DNA of 64,000 nucleotides from Batkoa obscura (Eukaryota): NCBI GenBank assembly GCA_030770535.1, contig JASVEC010000017.1, positions 186,001 to 250,000 of the forward strand, read 5' to 3'. Shown piece by piece: positions 55,396 to 64,000 of this stretch (position 1 is its first letter; each line of letters starts with the position of its first letter). The notes under the pieces were generated by a model. It saw only the letters and a program-made list of their open reading frames with translations, ran no database searches and was not told where the DNA came from. The position numbers and the translations under genes were made by a program.

Positions 55396-55608
55396 ATGAA
55401 CTTTAACATTACCTCTATCCTCTCCTTTTTAACTGTTGGTAGCTTACTTATTTGCCATATACACGCTATCGCTCCTTGTACCTATAGAGGTGGTGGCTGT
55501 AGACCTGCCAATCAAAGCTGTTATACACTTCAAGGTGTTAAAGGTTTTTGTAAACTTTGTGAATGTATCCCTCAACCAGCATTTGCTAAACCTATTAATA
55601 GTCCATAA
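55396..55608 (+). CDS. Small secreted six-cysteine peptide, copy 1
   Basis: ~24-aa signal peptide ending IHA; C-x6-C-x6-C-x9-C-x2-C-x-C; frame conserved in four paralogues. Confidence 0.88.
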   Translation: MNFNITSILSFLTVGSLLICHIHAIAPCTYRGGGCRPANQSCYTLQGVKGFCKLCECIPQPAFAKPINSP

Positions 55609-56748
55609 TATATATATTAAGTTTGATAATATACATGTAATAAAAATGATTATAAACACTAGTAGTTTTTTATATAAAATATTATTATTATTAAAACTTC
55701 TAATTGTTTTTTGTATACAAAAATCATACGAATTGATAAATTTAAAAAATCAGTTCAGTGTCCTTGTTTTCTTATAGCTTATCTTGTACAAAGTTAAGAT
55801 AATTTTTGTATTAAGTATTGTTTTCTATCACAATTTTATACCTCCACCACTTAGATTAATATAAAAATTAGTAGAGCACGGAAAGACCTGATGCCATTTT
55901 ATTAAAAACTAAAGTGTTAGATTAAGTTTTTTATATATAAAAATTATACTCTTGAACTTTTTTCCCCTGTGGCGTTAGTTCCAAATGATCTATTAAACTA
56001 AAAAAGTACAAACACTTTAGCCAGTTGACTTAAAGGACACGCTTATTTAGAAGTTATTTTCTAGTAAGATATTAATAGCATCCAACAAATTCCTATCTTT
56101 AGAAAAAGCAGTTAAAAAAACGCCAACTATTTTATCTCTGTTTTACAAAAGATTTCCTACTGAATGGTGAAAGAGATGAGGTTGAAAGACAAGCTCTGCT
56201 TACTAGCCCTATACGAATTTAAGCTATGTTCTAATTTGAAGAGTATTGATAATGATAATAAATTGGATATGCTAGTATAATAACCAATTTATTAGCTATT
56301 TTTTAAACCAATATTTTTCATTTTGACAGTAAAAAACAATAATATACCATTGTATTATTGAAAAGTAACTAAGTAAATCATAAATCATAAAATGCGTAAT
56401 TTTTTTTACCATTGCAGTAATGAAGTTACTAAATTTGATAATCTTAATATATTTCCATTTGATTTAACTACTGTATATATACAATATCAAAGCCTATAAG
56501 TATATAAATCTCTTAAAGCGTAAAAAAGTAATAAGTTTAAAAGGCCTTTTAAGAATAAAATTATCATTTGTAACTTTTCTATAAAATATTTAATTATGTT
56601 ACAGTATCATTAAGAACTACTATATATGTAAAGCATCTGTAAGAAGTAAAGTAATAAGTAATTGAAGAATATAAATACGAAGGAAAATGTAGTAGAAAAT
56701 ATAAACAAATAATAATTATAACTTTGATAGTTAAATCAAACAATTAAA

Positions 56749-58008
56749 ATGAAATCAATTTTTGCTCATACCTCTTTAACCATTGCTTTAACTTTACTTC
56801 AATCTATCTCGGCTCAACCTTTAAATAACAAAGGAGCATTAAAATCGGATATTAGTAAATGTTTCAGAGTTGACAATAATGAATGGGTAAACAGAACTGA
56901 TGCTAAAGTACCACCATGCTGGGTTGAAAATAATGGTAAGTATGACTGCTATGAGTATACTATTGGAACCCAATGTTATGGCGGGCCAGGTATGTTTGAC
57001 ATCACTAAAGTTCCAAATAATGAAAATTTCCTTGATAGTGAAATCAACGTTATATATATTTTCCAACAAGACATTGAGGTGGTTATTCATGGTTTTGAAG
57101 CATTTTTTGGATTAATGAAGCCGGTGGTTAGTCAAGATCCCTCTAGCAAGAAATTTACTGAGGTGGTTTTAAAAGGATCCGAACTTTATGATTTGAGAAA
57201 CAACTTTAATTTTATAAATAATATCTTCCATCCAGACATCACCAATGCTGGTATAAAGACTAGAAAAAATGTTTCTACTTTTGAAGGTAAAGAGCTTAAG
57301 GAAATCTTAAAAGGAGTTAAGTTGGCTTGTGGTCTTTTGAAAATCGATAATGGTCATGATGGGAAGTTTGATGAGTTAGCTGAACTCACTTTAGCTAGAG
57401 ATGAGGTTTTAGAATTGAGTCGTTCTTTAGAAGTTGCTAGTCTATATTTATCACCTAAGTTTAAAGAAAATAAAAAATTTGAGGAGCCTAATAAAAAAAT
57501 GGAAAAGAAAGGATCTTGTAAACTCAAATCAAACACACCAAAGGCGGGTGTTGTATACCTTGGGCTACAAGATATAGAAAAAGCCGCTCATGACTTTAGG
57601 CTCTTTTTTGAGCTGTTAAAACCAGCAACTGGTCAAGATGACTCCAGCAGGAAACTAACCAAATTGACATTAAATGGACCTAAGCTTAAAGAAGCTAGGG
57701 AGGGCTTAGAATTTATTAATAAATCGTTCCACCCGAAGGATGTTGATGTCAGCTTAGAAAACAGACCAGGCGTTGCTGCTTTTGAGGGCGAAGCACTCAA
57801 TGAAATCTTAAAAGGACTTGAGCTAGCTTGTAATCTTTTAAAGGTTGAAGATAGTGATCATGACGGAAATATTGATGAATTAGCTGAACTTACTTTGGAC
57901 AAAGTTCAAATATTAAGAATAGCTCATTCTATAGAAGCTGGTTATCTAAGCTTACTTTCTAAGGTCAACAACTCTAATGAATATAAGGAAATTAAAAAGG
58001 GTTTATGA
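56749..58008 (+). CDS. Orphan secreted protein: 4-Cys N-terminal module plus two tandem ~135-aa repeats
   Basis: Signal peptide (MKSIFAHTSLTIALTLLQSISA); internal duplication, e.g. FEGKELKEILKGVKLACGLLK / FEGEALNEILKGLELACNLLK and DELAELTL twice. Confidence 0.88.
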   Translation: MKSIFAHTSLTIALTLLQSISAQPLNNKGALKSDISKCFRVDNNEWVNRTDAKVPPCWVENNGKYDCYEYTIGTQCYGGPGMFDITKVPNNENFLDSEINVIYIFQQDIEVVIHGFEAFFGLMKPVVSQDPSSKKFTEVVLKGSELYDLRNNFNFINNIFHPDITNAGIKTRKNVSTFEGKELKEILKGVKLACGLLKIDNGHDGKFDELAELTLARDEVLELSRSLEVASLYLSPKFKENKKFEEPNKKMEKKGSCKLKSNTPKAGVVYLGLQDIEKAAHDFRLFFELLKPATGQDDSSRKLTKLTLNGPKLKEAREGLEFINKSFHPKDVDVSLENRPGVAAFEGEALNEILKGLELACNLLKVEDSDHDGNIDELAELTLDKVQILRIAHSIEAGYLSLLSKVNNSNEYKEIKKGL

Positions 58009-58791
58009 TCATGGTAAAACCAAAAGTGATAAATGAACAATAAAGAGCAAATAAGTTTATGTTTTAATAATAATAAAGTTATTTGACATTTTATTCTGTT
58101 TGTATCATTAATTTCCAGATTACTTTTTAATTAGTGTAAAAAAATGAAATATTTGTTATTATTTTATATAGAAAAATAAAACTGATTAATAATTAAGTTT
58201 TCAGGTAGTCTTTTTGTTATAATATTAGATACAATTCGTTAACTCTAACCTAAATTTAAATTATAAAATTCAATCAAAATATGATAAAACATAAAATCAT
58301 GGGTCAACCTGGAAATTTAACATCAGAAGTTAAATATCTAGGCCACTCCTTAGCAGTCTATTTATAATAGTATAGACTGGAGATACAGTAAATTTAGAGT
58401 TGGTCACATTTATTATACTAATAGCTAAATAAGAAGGTACTTATTATAGAAACTTTAATATAAAGCTTTCAATATTAATAAAATAATGACTAAAGCTCAC
58501 TTAATTTTAGCAATGTATTTTTTACCACATTATATCAAGCATCTGATATGAAAATTTAATCTTCTTATTTCTATCATTATAAGTATACCTTTAAATTAGT
58601 TTACCGTATAAAATGTATAAAGGCTAAATGAATCACTAATTAAAATAAAAACCTGTTTTATTGTTATTAATTGAACCATGAAGTAATTATCCATAGCTAA
58701 AGTGCAAAACATCAAAAAACAATGAACCATAAAAATAGCCTATAAAAGGCTCAAGACATTATTAAACCCCACATTAAACACATAACTAAAG

Positions 58792-59004
58792 ATGAACTTT
58801 AATATTACCTCTATTCTCTCCTTTTTAACTGTTGGTAGCTTACTTATTTGCCATATACACGCTATCGCTCCTTGTACCTATAGAGGTGGTGGCTGTAGAC
58901 CTGACAATCAAACCTGTTATACGCTTCAAGGTGTTAAAGGTTCTTGTAAACTTTGTGAATGTATCCCTCAACCAGCATTTGCTAAATCTATTAATAGTCC
59001 ATAA
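58792..59004 (+). CDS. Small secreted six-cysteine peptide, copy 2
   Basis: Four amino-acid differences from copy 1, all after the signal peptide. Confidence 0.88.
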   Translation: MNFNITSILSFLTVGSLLICHIHAIAPCTYRGGGCRPDNQTCYTLQGVKGSCKLCECIPQPAFAKSINSP

Positions 59005-59202
59005 TATATATATTAAGATGAACAAAGCACATGTAATGAAAATGGATTTTGCTGTATACAAAATTTGAAATAATAAAGTATTGATTATCTAAGTTTAATA
59101 TTGTGTTCCATGTTTTTTAAATGCTTAACTGTTTGGAACTGCTTTTTTATTAGGTGCTTCATAAGTGTACACATTTTCACATAAAATAAAGTTGCTAAGG
59201 GT

Positions 59203-59309
59203 ATATGGGGATGTATTTTTGTGTTTAAGAATTTTACTAACAATTTTTTTATTCAAATAGCGCTTAAAAGATAGAAAAAATAATGAAACCAAAAAAAATA
59301 CCCCCATAT
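59203..59309 (-). mobile_element. Family-A MITE, nearly identical to 10554-10660
   Basis: Shares diagnostic variants tttttgtgtt, caatttttttattc, aaaagatagaaaaaataatgaaacc. Confidence 0.88.
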
Positions 59310-59492
59310 GGCTACAATATAAAATTATTAACGTGAAAAAATAAGTCTTTAGATAAAATGACCTTAAAAAAATACAATGTAAAAAACTCGGAAATACAAT
59401 TACTCTTGTAATGATAGCGTTTATTTTCTTAATTAAAGTACGCTTTTTACACATCTAGTAATATCTACTTTAATTAAACATTTTCAAATTAC

Positions 59493-59598
59493 AAATGGCA
59501 ATGTATTTTTTTGTTTAAGAATTTTACTAATAATCTTTCCACTCAACAGTGCTTAAAAAATGGAAAAAGTAATGAAATCAAAAAAAACATCCCCAAAT
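59493..59598 (-). mobile_element. Family-A MITE with AAAT direct repeats
   Basis: AAAT at 59493-59496 and 59595-59598. Confidence 0.85.
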
Positions 59599-60769
59599 AG
59601 AGTCATTGAGACTAAATTCAAATTTACTACAATGGATTCTAGCATAAAGGGAGTTGATATACAAAAAAGGCGGAAACAAGCTCTAGTGGTTTCTATAAGG
59701 AGGTGTCCATCAATAAAGCATCAGCTACAATATTAAAGATAAAAAGGGCTAAAATTTTAGAGGTGCTGAAATTCTTAATTTAATGATAGTTGTTGCTTAC
59801 ATTGGTATTATATTATCTCAATTCATAAATGCGGACTACCAGCTTATTATGAGCTATTCTAAAAAACAAATCCAGATAATAGTGGTATTATGGTGGCCTC
59901 TAAAAACCTTAGTGAAATACTTAAATAATTCTATAATCCTGAAAGTACCCATAATTCGAATATATTATCCAAATAGAAAATTTTGAAACTATGAAAAAAA
60001 TAATACATCATGGTATTCCAGAGAAACTGACCTAAACAAGGTTATAAAAGGGTTGTATGTTGAGTGTTACAGCTGGTTCCCCTTTAGCTTGATAACAATA
60101 ATTTGAAAGAGGATAGTAAAAATGTAGAAATCATTGAATATTAAACAATTAAAATGCTGAAATGACTTAAATATTAAAATCCATTATGATATTCCTCCAT
60201 CTGGATTTTATCTGTAACTGAAATACTTATATGCATGAAATTTAATAACACGAATTTAAAGTAATAGAAGATAGTAGATTGAAACACGAAAGGAATAACG
60301 CTCCTAGTTACAGTTGCATTTTAAATATGCCCCAAAAGGCTCAGACAAAGCAACTTTTAGCAAAGTGGTATCATCTAGTCCAAATCAGGATGGTAATACT
60401 GATAACCCGTCTGAAAACAAAATAAGTGATATTAATAGTTTATTTATTGTTTATTTTGTAAATGGATAATAAAGTTACAGCGCTAGCATATAGTTTTAGC
60501 TGTTATAACAGTAGTTGAAATTCTCTTCCTCTAAAAACATCCGTGCTCATGAACTCCTCACGTTTTTGGCTTCAACGCTACATTAATAATATATATGCAT
60601 CTATATTACAGATTATCATCAGAATAAAAGATTGGTATGCATATCTAAACACACAATGAATTCAGGTTGATATCAGCAAGTTTACTACAACAGTCATCCT
60701 TCTTATCATGGATATATCACATACAGTCAAAGTTCTCAATAATAGGAAAAAGATTTCTTTCACAAGTAA

Positions 60770-62780
60770 CAAAAAATGCATTCTATAGAAAAGTACATGA
60801 TTTTAAAAGTAAAGATGATAATGAGGTTAAGGAGATTAAAATCAAAGATTACACCAATGTCAAATCAGGTATTAGCAACTTGAACTCAAAAACTAACAAG
60901 ACAAGTAATACTACCAACACTTTTTTAACTACTAATGTGATAGTAAGAACGTAAAGCAAAGGTTAAAAACATCATACTAATAGCTATAAAGAACAAAAAA
61001 AATTACATAGCTTGTATAAACTATGAACACCCTGTTTCTTTATTTACAACTCAAATAGTCATAGGTGGAATAAGGCACCTAGTTTTGAAAAATTTGTAAA
61101 TAATTTTTGTATCATTTCTGAAACTTTATTGAAATTTGCTTCTTTGATTTCGTTTTGTTATCTAAAAGTATTTTTAACCGCTGTACCATCCTTATTTACT
61201 TTTAATAACCGTAAGGTTTATTATGACCTAGTTTATTTACAATAGAATATAATACGACATGTTGAGCTTAAAGTTGTAAAACCAATTATGCTAATAGCCA
61301 AATAGGAACGTACTTTTTATAGAAGTATTTTTATAGAATTTTTGATATTAATAATGAAATGGTGGCTAAAGTTTACATGTTTTCCGCAATGTATTTTTTA
61401 CCACATTATGTCAAGTAACAAGTATAAGAAATATTCTCCTTATCTCTATTAAATTTACTTTTAAGTCAATTCACTTTTAAGTCAATTTACCGTATAAAAT
61501 ATATAAAGGCTAAATGGATCACTAATTAAAATAAAAACCTGTTTTATTGTTATTATTGAACCATGAAGTAATTATCCATAGCTAAAGTGCAAAACATCAA
61601 AAAACAATGAACCATAAAAATAGCCTATAAAAGGCTCAAGACATTATTAAACCCCACATTAAACACATAACTAAAGATGAACTTTAATATTACCTCTATT
61701 CTCTCCTTTTTAACTGTTGGTAGCTTACTTATTTGCCATATACACGCTATCGCTCCTTGTACCTATAGAGGTGGTGGTTGTAGACCCCAAGGCCAGGCGT
61801 GTCAATTTACAGGTTTTAAAGGTGTTTGTAAACTGTGTGAATGTGTTGCACCACCAGTATTTGCTACATCCATCAATGATTTATGAACTAAATATTAAGA
61901 TTGACAAACTATATGTAACGAAAATGAGCTTAATTGACATTTAAAACTTGAATTCAAATAAAACAGCAATCATTTAAATTTGATGTTATGTTCCTGCTTT
62001 TAAACTTTAATTATTTTATGATTGCTTTTTCTATTAGATCAGTCCATAAGTTTGTACGCATTTTTATGCAAAATAAAAGTACTCTTGTAACCAATCTTTT
62101 AATTACATTGCATGAAAATGTATACAAACTTATGACCTGACTTAATATTAGTATAACATACTGTTTTTATTTAAATTTGGTTAAATCTTATAGCTTTCTC
62201 TCAATGTATAATCATTATATATTTATAATGCATTTGGTATCAAAAATCGTAGTCAGCGTATAAATAACGGAAATAAGTTTCATGATAACCATATCAAAAA
62301 CCATCATAAAGCTCATCTCCCCTGTATATACTGCTTATGTTTTTACTATTACTAAACTTCACTTTTTACACACCAAATATTACTTACTTTTATCTAACAC
62401 CCTCAAATTAAAAACAAAATTATTAAGGTCTAAACTGATTTTATTACCACAGATTCCACCACTAAAGGATGGTATCAATTTTAAAAGTAAGGATGTTAGA
62501 GAGATTGAGAGAACTAAAAATATGTATTGAGCTAAGACCGAGTCAGATATTAGTAATTTGAACTCGAATACTAACGAGGCAAGTAATACTACTGTTACTT
62601 TTTGAGCTATCAATATAATAGTAAGAGCATAAAGCAAAGGTCAAGGAAGTTATATTAATAGTCATAAGGCAAGGGGGAAAGTTGCAATGATGGTGCAAGC
62701 TATGAATACCCTAAGTTTCTATATTTATAATCCAAATGGCGATAGTTGGAATAAAGCACATAGTTTTGGAATAAATTCTT
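60770..62780 (+). repeat. Diverged ~330-bp duplication (~60770-61100 and ~62450-62780) upstream of peptide copies 3 and 4
   Basis: Shared ttttaaaagtaa.gatg, tcag.tattag.aa.ttgaactc.aa.actaac.ag.caagtaatactac, atagtaaga.c.taaagcaaaggt, tggaataa.gcac.tagttttg. Confidence 0.8.
61677..61886 (+). CDS. Small secreted six-cysteine peptide, copy 3
   Basis: Same signal peptide as copies 1 and 2; C-x6-C-x6-C-x8-C-x2-C-x-C. Confidence 0.88.
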   Translation: MNFNITSILSFLTVGSLLICHIHAIAPCTYRGGGCRPQGQACQFTGFKGVCKLCECVAPPVFATSINDL

Positions 62781-63630
62781 GGTTTTTATACGAATGCAGT
62801 ATTTTGTTAAGCTTTGTTGCTTTGACTACTATATTTTTTAAAAGTACTTTCAACCATTATACAAGAATGTTTTTTACCTATTGTCCTTTCTATTTTTTGA
62901 TTTGGAAATTAATTAACTAATCCAGCTGTTTAAGTTCGAATGTGTGTTAGTAAACCATGAATTTTATAGCTAACTACTTATTTATTATGCCGATTTAAAG
63001 CTTATTATTTTTATTTTTATTTTAAAATGAACAGTTAGCTACCATACATCCAAGCTTGAACAGCGTACTAGTTAATTAATTTCTAAATTTGAAAAATAGC
63101 AAAAAGGAATAACTGGTAAAAAATATTCTCATACCATTCCTATCTTGTAACAATCCTTGAATTTACTATGTCGTAGCTTGCTTACAGTAATATATACTAC
63201 AACTCAATGGATTAGAATTGCAAAATCAATTAGACTAATAGCTAAATTAAAAGGTGCTTCTTTTATAAGTTTAATATCAGCCTTCAAACATTAGTAATCA
63301 AACAATGGTCCAAGTGTACTTCACTTTGTAGTGGGATTTTTATCTAATTATTTCAATGAATTGTTATAAAGAGTGAATACATTTTAATTCTATTATAGTA
63401 TATTTTTAAGTTAACTTACTATATAGAATTACAAAGGCTATATTACTTTTTGATTGTTATCAAAAAACCTGGTTTTATTAGAATGGATGAACTAAAACCA
63501 AAAGAAAAGTTAAACAAGTAAATTGCCCACAGTTAGATCATGAAATATTTTTATTAAACAATGAGCCATAAAAGCAATATATAAAAAGCCAGGTCATTGT
63601 TAATGTTTTGTATTAAAAAAACGGCTAAAG

Positions 63631-63837
63631 ATGAGCTTTGGCTTTACTTATATCCTTTCTTTTTTAACTATTAGTAGCTTCCTTACTTATCATGTAAGCG
63701 CTATCCTTTGTAAGCATAGAAATGGTTCATGTGCCCCTGATAATTGGGAATGTTATGCACCAAGCTATAAAAGTGTTTGTATTAATTGCTTTTGTGTTCA
63801 GCAGCCACTCTTTGATACGTCCATCAATGAGTTATAA
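63631..63837 (+). CDS. Small secreted six-cysteine peptide, copy 4 (most divergent)
   Basis: Signal peptide ending VSA; same Cys framework; C-terminal P.F..SIN.L; homologous flanks. Confidence 0.85.
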   Translation: MSFGFTYILSFLTISSFLTYHVSAILCKHRNGSCAPDNWECYAPSYKSVCINCFCVQQPLFDTSINEL

Positions 63838-64000
63838 CACATATATTAAGATTGACAAATAAATGTAACAAAAATAAGTTTGGGCAATTTATAAAATTTG
63901 AAATAAATAAAGTGGTCGTTAACTAAATTTGGTACTGTATTCTGTTTTAAAATTTTAAAATTTACAATTCCTTTTTTTACAAGAATTTAATAGTTTCCTC

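Noticed and set aside
59600..60420. Coding-like degenerate sequence (similar stretches at ~11330-11720, 14950-15250, 19450-19790, 51750-52100)
   Set aside because: Probably pseudogene debris, but no family motif could be identified
55436..61944. Overlapping alternative-frame ORFs (MVAYLFAIY...) and antisense ORFs over the peptide genes
   Set aside because: Their recurrence is explained by DNA duplication; lengths are inconsistent and they are not kept in copy 4

Overview
Very AT-rich eukaryotic genomic DNA with many short GT-AG introns. Gene content points to an early-diverging fungus; resemblance to Entomophthorales such as Conidiobolus/Neoconidiobolus is my inference only. Housekeeping genes: threonine synthase, Nur1/Mug154-like, Tra2-like RRM, MSS1/MnmE, LIS1/PAC1, a C2H2 finger, RIX7, GRX5, MAPEG, tandem-CCCH, Psh1-like RING and a LEA_2 protein. 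Accessory DNA: a secreted class-3 lipase, two tandem amidases, pseudogenes (Oma1-like M48 peptidase, USP-like, CLF1 split by an LTR), solo LTRs nested in older AT-decayed LTRs, about 12 copies of a ~100-bp MITE, and single piggyBac-type and Tc1-type MITEs. Top candidate for an undescribed system is at 55.2-63.9 kb: four genes for small secreted six-cysteine peptides with conserved promoter/signal peptide and variable mature region, surrounding an orphan secreted 419-aa repeat protein. Second candidate: an intact but catalytically dead IS630/Tc1-type transposase (30.5-32.1 kb) that looks domesticated. All calls and splice models were made by eye; no searches were run.
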